From Marsupella aquatica (Eukaryota > Plantae > Marchantiophyta): a stretch of 64,000 nt of DNA. The position numbers and the translations under genes were made by a program. The notes beneath the pieces were generated by a model. That model ran no database searches, had not been told where the DNA came from, and worked only from the letters and a program-made list of their open reading frames with translations. Location: contig OZ316892.1 of assembly GCA_973895155.1 (NCBI GenBank), forward strand, positions 17,784,357 to 17,848,356. Reading direction: 5' to 3'. Below, piece by piece: positions 11,722 through 26,615 of the stretch (its first letter is position 1; each line of letters starts with the position of its first letter).

Positions 11722-12620
11722 TGTTAGACGCTACAGTTGTTCTATTTTCTTGGCAGCATTTGTTAGGCCATTTGGCTGCAAGTTCTTGGTTTTGCATCTG
11801 GCCCCATGGATGCCCACTTGTTGCCTAGTATCCAGCAAGCTATTTAATGTAGGGTCCACCTTGTACTTTGTGATTCATGCCTTCATTCAATAACAGTTTT
11901 TTGAGTGACTTTTCTACATGGTATCAAAGCGCTAAGGAGTGTACTTTGTGTTAGGGGCAAGAGCTCTAACTTGGATAGTTGAGTGACTGTCTCTTGAATC
12001 CTAAAGTAGAGTATAGCTACAAGGAAAATTTGAGACAAGATTGCAAATTGAGGAGAAATGGAGTTTTGTTATATGAGCCCAAGGAGGAGAAGCTTGGTGG
12101 GTCCCATCTGGTCCTTCAGCATGCAACAAATTCTAGTGGAGAAGAATGTCTGGAATATAGTGAAGGTGGATGATGACCAAGAAGCAAAGGAACCTTGAAT
12201 GCATGTTGAGTTGCGAAGCAAGAAGTAAAAAGCAATGTTCTTGTTAACCTCAACAATCTTGGATACTACTATGAGTTGCTACATGTTGTTTCAAGATCCC
12301 AAAATTTTATGGTCTGAGCTCAAGAATCTTATGGTGCTAATACTCTAGTCAAACGGTGCATGTTTATCAAGGTGGCAATGTGATTTCCAGAAGGTTGGTC
12401 CATACTTGAGAATTTTTGGCAAGTAGACACACTCCTTTCACAGCTTGCTACAGTCAGAGCTTCTCCTACCAATGATGACATGGTGGACATTGTGTCAGGC
12501 ACACTTCCAACTTCCTACGACGGGTTTTGAACCATGATAGTTGGTGTAAGACATCTCAGACATATGTCTAGCTTGAAACTGATTTGGCTCTTGCAAAAGT
12601 GCACAATAGCAAGAATTGCC
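11722..12620 (+). mobile_element. Degenerate 5' fragment of a copia element (LTR, PBS, decayed gag)
   Basis: TGTTAG...TTCTACA (11722-11918) followed by TGGTATCAAAGC (tRNA-iMet PBS, one mismatch); downstream gag-like remnant DDMVDIVSGTLPTSYDGF. Confidence 0.6.
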
Positions 12621-12899
12621 TAGAACTCAGAGAGGAGGCTCTTGGTACTCGAGAGGTTAACTAAGTGTATATTTTGGGGTACCACGTGCATCCTAGCCTA
12701 ATATAAATAGACCTATTTTATAAAGAAAATATACCAAAAATGTTCTCCATTTTTAATATTAATAACCTATGTTACTTTATAAAAGGTATATATTAGAGAA
12801 TATTTTATAAACATGAGTTTATAATACTTTCTTTTGCCTCCTACACTTTTTAAGAGTTTACTTAATTTTTATCAAAAATACATATTTTGGATCGCAAGT

Positions 12900-13420
12900 G
12901 GTTCCTAAGAGTTTTGGTAGTCAACCCCCAAATCTTGGGCTCATGCATCAACCTATGGGGGAAAACATGGACATGGTGGCCACAAACCATTTCCCGAGGC
13001 AACCTAGGGAGAATTTCATCCTGGAACTAATTTCAACAAGCAGCATGGAGACTCCAATCATTGTGTGGTATCTACACCTCGCATGAGAGCAGATCACCTA
13101 CATCATTGGGATAGGGAACTTGTTTGTTGTGACTGGAGGTTTTGGGCTCTGCACCCAACCTTGTACCATATGTTAGGAGAAGGCACATGCTATGTGCTAC
13201 CTTGGCAACCTATTCTAGTTGCTTGTTGTGACTGGAGGTTTTGGAGCTCTATACCAGACCTTGTACCATTTCTTATGATCTTCTATGGTTCATTGTGTTT
13301 CGTGGAGGCCTTATCCACTTGCATCTATCATCACGACCCTTTCTTATGGCAAATGTCGATCATGCTTCATAGGGCTAATCACTAACTATTCTTTGTGGGG
13401 TGAGACGGTTGGTTCTAGGG
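12900..13420 (+). mobile_element. Possible L1 LINE C-terminal (zf-RVT-like) remnant
   Basis: Broken Trp/Cys-rich fragments (HHWDR..C, PCTIC, ACCDWRFW, ITNYSLWGE); heavily decayed. Confidence 0.3.
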
Positions 13421-16400
13421 CAGCTAGTCAGGTTCCTTTGTTAGACCCCCCTATGCAGTTTACTCCAAAGCTCTACCAACTCTGCAGTCACCAACTGCAG
13501 TCACCAATAGACAAGGTTTTAGGTCTTTTGTTCTCAGTTGGGTTTGTGGTTTGGGTTTGTGGCAGGCTTCTGTCTGGGTCAATTGGGCTTCTTTGGCTCT
13601 TTGGGTGCATTCCTTTGATTCAGACTTTTGCTTGTGGGATCCAATCTCAGTTTGGGGGCACTTCTTGTTCTAGTTCTCTTCCATTGGAGCTTGTCTCATG
13701 GAGCACTTATTGTCCCTGCTAACTATCATGGGGTGCGATAGAGTCACGAAACTTGATTACTTTAGCACTTAACTCCGACGTCGTTGAGCTCCTCTACGGT
13801 CCAAGCCCGGAACGGTCATTCGGGGAGGACTTAACATGAGGAGACCTGTGGGCAATGAGATGTTGCACAAGCAAAGACAAAGCGTTGAGCTGGTGACACA
13901 CACTAAAGACTTAGACTAGCTGAGGGCTGGTCGAGTCATGGGAAAAGGCCAGACTCAAGGTCGACCATTCGGATCCCTGAACAACTTTGAGTTCTGAGGG
14001 CTCAAGTCAGAGCTCCTATTGGGCCCAAGGCTCATGAAATTTCCTTCATGCACAACAAACACTTGGGACATCAAATACGGCCCGACCTAGGTGTGGTCAC
14101 CTGGGAACCCCAAGTGACAACCAATTCTGAGGGCCTAGAAATGAACACTAGGTAAGTTTGATCACAACAGGTTAAAACATTTCGCCTACAAACGCCTAAC
14201 TCGAAAGTTATGGACGTAGCCAATTGGTGACATGCCTAGACACGCGGGTTGACGTTGTCGGGCCAACAAACATAAGTGCACTCAAGTATGCGCGATAATA
14301 TTACTCCACGAGGGTCTAGTAAAGTCAACAGTAAAGGATTGTGCATGTTCATATAGGATTGCATCATTGGTGACAAACACTAAACTGCGTCTTGCATGAA
14401 GAGGTGGACACCGCAATGAAGGTTCGGCATGTTCTTCAAGTGCGGACGCAGCAAGGTTTGTAAAATCTCTTGCTGTACAATGGTGTGCACTAGCTCAATT
14501 GGAAGTCCAAACATTCTGAAAATTCGAGAAGCCGGACAGCAATCTGGTCCTAGACGATGGAGTGCACCAGTTCAAATAACTGAGACTCCATTACTGTGGA
14601 AAATTTCAGAAACCAGAGATAAATCTGTTACCACAAAGGCAGTTGAAAGCATTGACATTCTAGATCACCAGACCACGCCTATGTGAAATTCATTCATTCA
14701 TTCTTCCAGGCTCCCCAGCAGTCGACTAAGAGACTCAGTTTTTGAGGGCTTTACTTCCAAAATCATGCAAGTATTTCAGCTGAGAGGCTTTTAGGAGCTC
14801 CTGGCATATGAGGTAGGCCGCCAAGCAAAGAAGAATGAATCTGCTCATGGATCTGAACTGTGACCTCTCTCTTCTCAAGTGACGAATCAGACAAGAGCGT
14901 TAATTACGCAGTGGTTGAAAACGAGTTCTTGTGACATAAACTCGGTGCCAATTTGCCCAATTCGCTTCCAACCTTCTTGCTTCCCACCGTCTCCACGAAT
15001 TTTCAAAGGCATACCATTGAGATGATATACGAACAGAATGTAGTCAAATTCAAACATTGAATCGTTGATTAGCATGCAACACAATAGCTCACTTCTTCAG
15101 CTCCAGACGGGAATCGTCTGCAATGTCTGTTTTCTCTGTTGATAATGCACGTTCCTTACAAGCGATCGCTACCACGAACACCAATGCTATTCAGGATAGA
15201 AAATCTACGAACTCGACTCTTACTATCTTGCAATGTTGCTTCTGATACCAAACGTGTTGTCGCAGCCAATATGCAAAGCTAATTGCCAAAAGCATTGCTG
15301 CAATTAAATATAGAAAACCGGCAAAGGTGTAACAGGTTAACATTATTAAAACGTTAGAATTGAGTCTATCCTACTCAGATTTGGAGTTCCAGCCCCGCTT
15401 GTGATCACAAGCAAACTTTCCGGGAAGATCCTCCAAGTAAGTATGAGAGGGTGATGAAGTGACATAGGAGTCAGCCTGACATTTACCTCCTTCACATGAT
15501 CATGCATACTGGCGATGCTTTACACCTAGAGGGTACCACTACCACCCACGTAAGTAGCAGCAAAATGACCAAAGCACTGTAAAATACAAAGGACATTTAC
15601 TTGACTTTTGGGGTTCAGCACAAATAAATTGTTCGTCACCGCAACATAAATAGAACATAAGTTAGTTCTTTCACAGTTTCCAAGACAACGCCGTCAAACA
15701 CTGTATAAACTGAAGGCAAAATGTGTACATCGGAAGACGAAAGCGTTTACCTCGTTTCCTCGAAGCCACTTCAGGGAGGAAGGATATAGTTGAAATGAAG
15801 AAAAGTTGTAATCTTCAATTAAACCGTCAACATCCTTGGCCAACCTCTACCTATCTTACATTCTGTTTCAACAAGAATCTCCAGGCACCAAAACTACAAA
15901 GTTTTCTAACTCTAAGCATATTTTTACTCACAAAGAAAGGGGCGGATCAGGTTCATTACAACGCTGACACAAAGAATGTAGACAAGTCAACATACAGTAG
16001 AAAAACATTGAGTAGCAGAACAAGAGCTGGTCACCAGAAAGTATACAGAAACACTGAGTGGCAGTCCTAGTGGAAAGAATCGATTATGGAAGATGTTCTT
16101 TCCATTACAGGGTTTCACATCAGGCAAACGAGAAAACCGTGGCTCAAAGCTCCCATGTATTTCCATCTACAGCGTCATGTTCCGCTGCGTCACTTCCTGG
16201 TCCCTAGAGAATCATAATAGGAAATATACTTTTCCTCCTCTTCTCAACAGTTCTTGTAGAGCTCAAACTGGATGGGCTGATCAGATGCCGGTTTACGCCA
16301 ACCGCCTACATGGAACCACCATTTCCCAGCCAAACAATTCCCATTTATGTACAAAGATACAACATTACTGTCCAAGGACATAAACATTTGCAACGGTTTA

Positions 16401-17083
16401 ACAATTAAGAACAGGCTTTTTGAGATTGTAAATCAGAAATCGGTTCACATCCACAAGAATAAGAGGAAGAAAAATTTCCCAACAGAACAAGCTTAGATCT
16501 CACGGGAGAATTTAGAAATCGGATCTATGTATTCGACAAAAACTGTTGTCCATAGTTATTTACATAAGGGGTATCGTCAACAAACATTTCTCAAAACCCA
16601 GAACCTCACACGGTCATGAGCGGCCACACATGCCTGATGCTAACCTTCCGTCAACTATATAGTATAGACAGCTTCACAATCCCAGTCTCAATAAGCACCA
16701 TGACGATGTTCCTACCCTTATGAGATGGGAAGAACTAGTAATGGCTACAGAATAAAATGTACAAAGCTTAAAAACAGGTGCAATTGACGGCTTCCACCAA
16801 GAGAAAGAGGGGGAAAATTGATCTCCCTGTAAAAGTCGCATCACCTGGTGTTACACTCTTAACAGTAGACAATTAAGGGACACCTGAGGGATAAAGATGA
16901 GAGCAATTCACTTTGAAAGCATCAAGACTCGGGAAATCAACGCAAAATGAGAAGGGGACAACGCCAATTCAGAATACCTATCGCAAATTCTGTAATTCCC
17001 CTGACTGGCCCAGATTCCAAATGCTTTGACACACAACATGCAGGATACTATCCCTACTACTATTTGGAACCATCGCAGACCAT

Positions 17084-20000
17084 TCAAGATTCATACTCTT
17101 CAGAAATGATAGCCTCCCCCAGGTACACATATTGCAGCTCTTCTTTCCACACCTGCACATGGGACACACTTGTAGTAAGCCCCTGGACATGATGTGTGTC
17201 AACAAAACATGAGTCGCTGCTAAATTCGGAAAGCCCAGCCGCTGCACCTAGAAGTTCGATGTCAAGATGAGCACTCTTTGTCAGAAAACGGTGAAACAAG
17301 AGACAGACCTCGTGACGAAATCCAACTCGCATATGGGGTACATTTGTTTTGTGGATGTCGTTGCCGTCTGGGCCCCTTTGGAAGTATTGTTTCCCAACCC
17401 AGTGAGCCTGACGGCACCCAAAAATATCAGGGTGAAATAAGTTAGACATCAGAGGAAGAAACTCCATTTCCAAAGTTTGACCAATCACTGATCACATCAA
17501 TGACAAAAACTATTAGAGTGATCTTAAAAGGACGACTACCTTCACGGGATGCGAAAATCCAGACTGGTAGACTGAATTTCGAGCAATCTCACAAAGATCG
17601 CAGGCACTTAACTTCCAAACCTGTACACGAATTGCACATCACGGTAATAACGCTAACAGGACTGACGCCTCTTTGCACACAAGGCGAATTCAGTGACATT
17701 GCACACCCTTAAGAAAAGAAAGAATAAGGCGGCAATTCTCTGCAGTACGAGACTCAGTCCATCGTAACAAATTCTTTGCAAACCAACCGATTATTTCAAC
17801 ACTGGGACGAAAAGCATGTTAACATATTGTAACAACATCTTAAGTTACCAAACAGATATCCAAACAGGATATCAGACTTCCTGTGTTTAACTGAGAAACA
17901 GCCACCACCAAAATTCTTCTCCATTTCAAAGATACACCTGGCGAATCGAGCTAGATCAAATTGAGGAAAGCCAACCTGCGCAGCAATGCTGTATTCTTCG
18001 ACAAGGGGTTCCTTGGTGAGGTGGATCTGGAGAGGGTCGTCAGTTGACAGCGAAACATTGAGCCCTCGGGAGAAAAACATTGGGAAAGGATTTCGATGAT
18101 AATCGAGGAAAAGGGAATTGTTGCTCAACGGAGACATAGACAATCCAATCTGCACAGGTCGACAATTTTTCCCACCAGTATACAGCTTAGGAGTCCACGT
18201 AGCAGTTTCTTGAGACATTTAAATGGACCCCACAGAGACTTCCCTATCTATGTCCAGAGTGGAGTTTCATTTCTCTGGAGAAACAATTATATAACATCCA
18301 GCAGTTATATAAAATCCAGTCCCAAGATTCAGCGTGAATAATTTCCGACGTGCTCTGAAATCATTGATTTACAGGTACATTACTCGCCTGTGCAAGGTAG
18401 TACAGGTATTGTAGACCTGGAGACTTTCGCAGGTTATTGCCATGAGCAATGTTATGCGCAAGCACAAACGTAGCTGCCAAATGGTCCAAATCACCAGCCT
18501 GTTTCAAAGAAATCCATGAACAAAGTCACTAAATGGATGAGACACCTTAATTTGCATTTGACTTAACGGACTGCGAGTTTCGGTGGAAAGTGAGACAATC
18601 ACAATTAATTAATTCACTTATATGGAACGAGAACTGACAGTCCATACTGAATTTGCGCCTAAGATATCAAATTCACCGAGAGTGACTGGGCATTCGTCAG
18701 TAAGCGGAACAGTTACCTCGCCCGAGTGAGGTCGAAATTTGATGGTGGACATGCCTTTTGATTCCCGCAGCTGCGTTCGGTTGAAGTATAAGATTCAAGG
18801 ATTATGGACCCGTAGGCATGATGTGTGCATGCGTTCAGCACAGTCATTTAACTCTATTACTTTGAACCTTAATGAGTAATATGCATGTTGTCATGAGAGG
18901 ATGAAATGGATGCAAGGAACATTAATCGTCCCATTCCTGCCTATGGACACTGACAGAAGATATGTCGAAAGCGCAAATTAACTACTTTCAGAAATTATAC
19001 AAATTGTTTAACTTATGGCTACACAACTTACTTTGTTAAGCGTGTAGAGATTAGCATACACATAGTATGCCCAATACGAGTATGCGGGGTTAAAGGGGTT
19101 ATTCCACTGTTCAGGAGTCTTCATATGCTTTGTTGGTCGCCTTTCAGGTTTGCTTTCATCGTCCACCATGTCAAATCCGACAACCTAACAACGAGGGAAC
19201 TAAAACATCAAACCCAACAGCTAAACAAACAAATGCCTATCAAATATGAACTTTTTGGCTGTTAGATATCAAGACAGAACTAGCCATACAAAGGGACAAC
19301 AAACATATAATTCCAAGGAACGGATAGGAGGGCAAGAGGCATTACAGAGACCTCATATATGGTGTACCGACATAAAAGACAATCCTAGCCGCAAGTGAGA
19401 AAGACAATCATAGTCATTAAACCGCAGCGTTTTCCAACACTTCATTGGACCAGCAACGACGAAAAGTGTAATGCTTCAGAGTGAAATGCAAACAAGCTCG
19501 ATCGTATTTGTTTCAGAAGCAAACCAGTACATGAGGATCCGCTGACCTGTTTCAAAAATACGTGAAGCTGGGGATGTGAAGATGGATCCACTGTGACTTC
19601 AAACAGAGGTATAAAAACATTATCAAGAATGGCCTGAAACGATGTAACTATTCCCATCTCTTTGTACACATTGTACAACCGTGGCAGCTGCATCCACACA
19701 ACGACACAAGACAAAATTTCTGAGAACTGCAGCTTTCTGTCTAACCAGAGCTGAGACTACTAGCGAAAGCAAGGAGATGAGGTACTTTTATCCAGTCCAG
19801 GACGGGGACAAAACAGAATAACTCGAGTTAAACCACTGCACTTAACCCAATCTTGCTTTGGTTTTAAAACAACTTCAATGACGCACCTGGATTAACCACA
19901 TCACGTTCTCACTGTACAGCTCGTTGTTGACAATCCAGCTTGCCAACTGATCCCATTCACTTTGCTTCCTTCCGTAAATAGATATTCTGTACTCCGCCAT

Positions 20001-23000
20001 CTGACGACCACAAATAACGCATGAGTTGACCTAGTACGAGAGACATTTACAACCTTGTAGGCCGTGCTATTGAAAATTCCACTGAAAGGTGGGAGTGATG
20101 GACATGGAGCATCCATCAAATCTTACATCACTTATTGATCTTTCACTTGTGATCACCCTAAGTCAAAAGGCCTTGATGTGATGCCTCGACTCGTCAAGAC
20201 TTGGCTACAGAGCCTTGACGCCATCATAAATCAGAAGAGTTATGTGGACACTAACTTGATATTTACTCGCTTGAAGATCTGCAAAGACTTGCTTGGTAAG
20301 CTCGGCCAGAAACCGCCCTACACAAATGGAAGCAAATGGAAGCACATGGATCATTTGCACACGTCTTCCTTCAAATTCCTTTGACAAAAACGAGATATCA
20401 AAGCAAGCACACATTGAAACGTAGTGTTAAGGTTTATTCGGATGCAATCTGAATGCTAAGTCCTGCAGAAACACTTCTCTCGTTTCGAGGGTAGAATTGT
20501 ATCTCATTTCTTATTATTAAGAAATCCAATTGATTGCGTGAAGAGTAGACGGGAATGGTTGCTGTCCGTGATCAGGCTCTTAGAATTTTCTTCGCTGGTC
20601 ATATCACATTGCTATAGACCTGTTCATCCCCGATTTATGGCCTATGGCTAGCCTCTTAAATTATTCTTAAATCGATTGTGAGGCTGTGGTCCACTATTCC
20701 ATGCTGCTCTCTTTCCTATCTGGGTCCTGCTTGTCTCTGCTTACTTGACATATACTTCCGAATGGATCGTTTTCAATGCAGTTAATAGCCATTTTGCTAG
20801 ACATGCTCTAACAGTGAACATGATCAAGAGATATCAGACTTCATTACACTTTAACGCTTCGACAAGTACCATTGGAATACTTTTTCTGAGAACAGCATGC
20901 TTTGTCGGTTTAGTCACTCTCGCCCTACTCTCTAATCGTAAGGTTTTCGAAGAAACGTCACATTCCTCATGCGGTGCTAGAGAGCCCATGGCTGATTTCT
21001 CCACAGTAAAGCTGCAAGGGCTAAACAGGATACTCGCTCTCAAGGGACCAACATCCACAACTCACTTGCATTTAGCATCGAAGAGTGCATTTCTAGGATT
21101 TCCCAGGACAGATAAGAGAACGCAAAGACATACGACTAAAGATTCTGTCTTAAAAGAAAGGAAGATGCATGGCTGTAGATTAGTCTCAATACCTTGAATG
21201 AGATTGTCCTGCTTCAGAAAGATTTCTCTGAGTCTACTTTGACCACAGGGATTGTATTTAAGGTTGAACTTATCGAAACGGTGAAAGGTATTCTTATCCG
21301 CGTGGACATCAAGCAAGTCCACGTTAAGATCGTATCTGTTTAGGCAAAACAAAAGAATTACGAATTAGAGTCACCGGTCCCAGGACCTTACGACATATCT
21401 CCTGTACAAGAACAGAGTGCAGATAAATCATATTACTCATTGTGGTGACATCACTATGAGAGTCTGAATCGCCTTTCCAAACCACAAAACCATCGTGGCA
21501 CTCAATATCTGAGATCAAGCATAGAATTTTTAATGGATCAAAACTTTCATCACTGCATACAAGTTAAATACATGTACGTCCATTTCCAACCATGGACGTG
21601 AGTTGTGTAGCTTACCCAGTTAGATCCAAGCTCTCGAATACCTCTCTTAGGGTCAAGTACTTTCCATCCCGGAAAATTACAACCTACCCCAATGCAAATA
21701 CCACCCCATGCCCTCAGTTTATCCATCACATTGCCGCTGTCGAAGTTCATTAGTTATTTCTATCCAAACACCAGAGCTTGATGCAAAGCCGAGCTCCACA
21801 CACCGAAGATCGTAAGAATCCCAAGACAACAACTGGCAAGCGAGAGAATAAGAAGGCCAAATCAGATAAGCAAACCAGGACTTTTACAACTAAATTAGGA
21901 TATTAGCATACCTCATCAGGTTCCTTGCGAAGCTTGGACTTGATGAAACGCAAAAGATGCTTTTGATTCATGCAGGAGGTATGATGGACATGTGTATCCA
22001 CTTTTCTGACGTTGTACAGATCTCTATGAGGAGCACTTTTCTGAGCTAGGAATTCCCGGTCTGCATTGAGCATGAGATGGAGACTGAATTTCTGCAATCA
22101 CCGAAACAATGTTCCAATTAACATATCTAATCAACTACGATATTTGGAAGACAGTGGTGGAGCTGGGGATTACAATACTTGATTCTCGAAGGAGGTCAAC
22201 AGGACCCATAGGAACTAGGCTCCGTACCCATGGGCACAACCAGATCAATTCAAAGAGATGCAACGGGAAAGTTCTTCAATAATTGTGTTCTTTTAAGGAT
22301 GATATCAACAATGGGGAAAAGCTTATTTTTTTCTGTGGGATAGAACAACCTGCTAAAGAACTAGACAAACTGGGCATCTCACGGTTTCAGTGGACATATA
22401 CAATAAAATAAACAAAGAGTGTGATTTCGAAGATTTCAACACTGCAGCACCAACTGCCCAACCTTATTATGAATTTGTTAAAACTATTATCAGACAACAG
22501 CAGCTACGGGTACATCATTAGTATTCCCTGAGCCTCAGTGAGCACAAATAAGATGGTGGTAGATCTATATCACAGCCACCTGTTCCAAAAGACGTAGTCG
22601 ATGATGACATAATGTCCTAACATTTCCGAGTGATACAATTCGTAAAATTCGGTGCAAGTCTGTGAAAAAGCTGGTTGCATCTAATACTGGGAATAGCTCC
22701 TGTTCGGCTGCACATCGGCCAGAATGAAAGCGTCAAAACAGATTTTTGGCTCTTTTCCTCTCCAAACATAGGAAAGCGAAGTAGCAAGATACTGATTAGA
22801 AATCAGCTTAGCATTCTTCAGGAACTCACCTCCTTCCTGGGGATACACACGGACAACTCCATCAATCATTTTAAAAGTATGCTGCGTATTGCAACACCAT
22901 CAGAAATTCGTTAGTGGCAAACCTTAGTCATTTCTAACCGTTTCCTGATTCAAAACAGTTCAATCTTTCCTGCTGAACCACACCTGCAGATTGGAACAAA

Positions 23001-25380
23001 GTCATCGTGATTTAAGAATTCATCTTCAATTGACATACAAAGCGATTAACACGGATTTGTTCTTATATACTAAATACGACAACTACTTGACCTGCAGATT
23101 GGCGCAATTTGATTTCTGGTACGGTCATCTACTGATAGACGCATTTGTTATTGGCCGTAGATTCGAAACGGTATACCAGATAATACTAAAAGCAGCACGC
23201 TTACCATTGATGCTGGCTCGGGATCATAGTGAAAAGGTTGAGGATTCGGTTTTGGAGTACTCGGATCCGTGATCTCTTCCTTCTCCCAGGGATGCGCATT
23301 TTCCCGAAACACATACTTCTCTCGCATTGCCAAGCACTCTTGCATCAGCAAACAAACTTCCTCCTCCTCTTGAGAGGGAGCCTCTGGGAAAAACACGAGA
23401 CACAACGATAGCTCAGGGTTCTGACCAACCTCGTTCCAATATTAATATACACCCCAACTTATTCCACAAAATCGTAGAGCATGTGTCCCACTAAAAGAAA
23501 ACTATAACAATTTCAAAGCATCTGTATTCGAGGATCTGGATAAACCCAGTGTTAAACAAATTTGATACTTCATCCCTTTCTTTCGGAAAACGATCCTTGC
23601 GAGCCTATTCCATACTTTACAGAGCGAGCAGATTTCAATTGAACCAAAACAGCTCACAAGTTGATTGCTGGCAAAGAATACCGCCCAAGTGTGTTGATAT
23701 GAGTACTATGCCATTGACAGTGAATCTCGTGAGCTATCGTTACTATCTCAGAGAGCAACCTGATAGAGACTTTCTATTGCTATGCATCTCAAGACCCTTT
23801 GAAACAACTTCTATTAATGCCGATCATTATCGATCAGGGATCATAGTTCTTCTGGGAGAAATCCCTCACCTAGAGGTGTCACATTCAAGCGAACGAATGT
23901 TTCTTGCTCAGGCTCTTTCCGCAAAATATCTGCAGCAACCGGATCGGGTGCATGAATTCCATGCAGCTCCCCAGGTATACTATGAGATCGAATCATAGTG
24001 GCCGCAGTCTTCTCGCCACCTCGATCAGAAGCAGGAGATTTCGGTTTCACAGGTTCCTCCTACTTTCCAAGCACAAGAGCAATTAGACACCACCCGATTA
24101 GCCAAGTCTATTGCAACAATTCCTCATAATCTGAGCTCAACAAATGTGTGCCATTTTATTACCCTGTAAATTACACCACTAGGAGGATTCAATATCAATG
24201 CCTTCGGCATTTCCTACCAATTCACCCTCAGGGATTTCATCCGCTGGCGCAATCTGCCCTGAGTCACCTTCCTCATCGGCCATTAAAAAGCCTTGATCGT
24301 CTTCGTTCAGCAGAACATGGTCTTCCTCATCTGATCCTTCCAAATTCTCAAAGACCCCACCTCCCACAGGGGACCTCGGCGACGATGGTCGAATGACGGG
24401 CAGAGGGCGTTGTACAGTCCCAGAAGCCCCACCGTTGCGGTTGACGGCAGCCTCCTTACCTGCTTTGATCATGACAGAAAGAATCAAAAACTCCCAGCCA
24501 GATGGTGAGTGTCCTCACTAAACATTGCAGATACAAATCCACGAGAATCTAGGTGCAGTCAAGATCCGAGGATTGGATCATACAGACTCTCCGCGACTAA
24601 AGAGAGCTCACGTTAATAAAATTCACAATAGAATCCTTTCGTCTCTGCTTTATTTTGAAGGCTACACCTATTCCCTTCCGACAGTAAGCTACGACTCTGA
24701 ATCAAAACCACTCAGCAATTTTAATGAACGTTAATTCTGACATCATCAGCACTAAGGCAAATAAACCCAACGAAAGAAATTCACTGAGATATTGTCTTTA
24801 CAAGCCCATAAATAGAATTCTAAGACACAGAGGGCCGGAGGTTGTATCACAGAAGCAGAAAGGAGCTTCCCTGCACTGGCACACAACCCACTCAATTTCC
24901 TCTCCTCTGTAACTGAAGAAGAGTACATTCTCAAATGGTAAACCAGAGGACTGACTAAACCCTACCTTCCCGGCGAGTCTGAACCCTAGGAAGCCCTGCA
25001 GGAATGGCACTCATCCCCGCGAAAGATGAATGTGAGTCCTGCATCTGAAGAGATGATGGCGAGCTCGATTTATGATCCGCTTTACCATTTTCAATTCCAT
25101 TAGCAAAGGAGGACATTTCCGGAAGAGAGTCCGAACTTGCAATTTCTTTATCCTTACTACTGGTCTTTTCTGGAAGATGATGACGCTGCCGGTGCCTCCC
25201 TCTGCTTCTATGCTTCCGGGTCTCCAAGCCCATCCCCTGTGAGTCCAGCTTCGCGAGGATGTCGTCCATGGCCCTGTTGTGCAAATAAAATGCCGTACCG
25301 GCAGCAACAGTCGCCCCGAGCAATGCAGCCAAGCATACTTTGATCCATTGTGCTTTGCTGCCGCTACTGGACGAGTCCAT
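17084..25380 (-). CDS. AMPD: AMP deaminase (FAC1 homolog), ~19 exons
   Basis: Approximate exons: 25380-24966, 24459-~24226, ~24060-23870, 23383-23205, 22881-22830, 22707-22580, 22091-21912, 21683-21616, 21335-21193, 20317-20256, 20000-19887, 19687-19547, 19184-19032, 18770-18717, 18498-18388, 18149-17976, 17620-17540, 17407-17309, 17152-17084. Motifs: N-terminal TM anchor [62 protein letters not shown]. Confidence 0.97.
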
Positions 25381-26149
25381 TCCCTCTCGTCTCCTCTCCT
25401 CCCCTCTTTTGCTAAAACTATCGGCTCCAAATCACTCGGTCAATCCTGCCTCTACTGAATCCTGAAAACTCCACAATCCTCCCCTTACGAATTCTACAAT
25501 AATTTACACTGACAATTCCCTCCAACCTCTTCCAGTCCGCTCCCCTCCCTCCCGTCCACTGCAATCAATCCATACCGTACCAATCCATGCATAGCGTCCT
25601 TCAGTTACCTCCTCCTCATCCATCCGTCATTAGAGCGCTCCAATTCTCCGCTTCCGCTCTCCTCCATCGACAGTCACACCCTCCTCCCCCTCCTCCTCCT
25701 GCTGTCAAAAACTACATTCAATCAGTCCTATCCTCCCTCTCCGTCAATTGCGCAGTCCAATCCGCGGACACCTCCAACAATGCTCTTCGCTTGCGGCCTC
25801 CGCTTCACATTACGCTGCCAAATTTGCTTCGACTGCTTCCCGGGCCGGATGAATTGTTCGAATCATCCTCAACACCAATCGCTTCCGCAACAGCAGCAGC
25901 ATCAGCATCATTCTTTCTCCGCATCAAAATCATATGGGACCACAATCGTCCGCCCGCTGCAGCTTCTGGAGAACGGGACGACGCACGCAGAGAAAATTTC
26001 AAATGAAGGCGAATGTCCAGTGAGCGGAAGAGCGGAGCGGAGCCGAATCATTTATACTCTCTCTTCTGTGGAAAGCGGAATCAATTTAGGCCGAGGACGA
26101 ATCATACCGTCATCCCCACCACCACGTACGGTCCATCCGTATCCGCATG

Positions 26150-26615
26150 GATGGACGGATATACGTACGTTACGGTAGGAGTATCGTATTCTGTGCCACT
26201 CTATGTTTTCCCCCCTCGAACAGGTGAACGGAATGAATTACTGCAAGGTGTTTACTACCGCGAACAGGTGAAAAGAATGAATTACTGCAAGGTGTACTAC
26301 GGTAGTGCCATCCTCGTTCTCGCACTATTTATTCTAAATGTAAATTATCTCTTTTTCCAAATCATTTTTGTCTTGAACGGAAATGGGAAAGAAATACAAT
26401 GTAAATTATCTCTTGTTCCAAAAAAGAACTGACACAAAGCCATCAAATGGACGGTTATACGTACGTTACAGTCGGAGTACCGTATACTTTACCACTATTT
26501 TTTTCCACTCGAACAAAGGAAGTACTGCAAAGTGTACTGGTTCGCGTACTGTTTGTTCGAAATTTTAATTATTTCTTAGTCCAAGAAAGAAATGACACCA
26601 AGCCATCAAAATGTT
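26150..26615. repeat. Diverged tandem duplication upstream of AMPD
   Basis: ggacgg(a/t)tatacgtacgttac and gacac(a/c)aagccatcaaa each occur twice. Confidence 0.7.

Noticed and set aside
14400-17000. Short ORFs downstream of AMPD
   Set aside because: No recognisable motifs or consistent exon chain; likely 3' UTR or intergenic.
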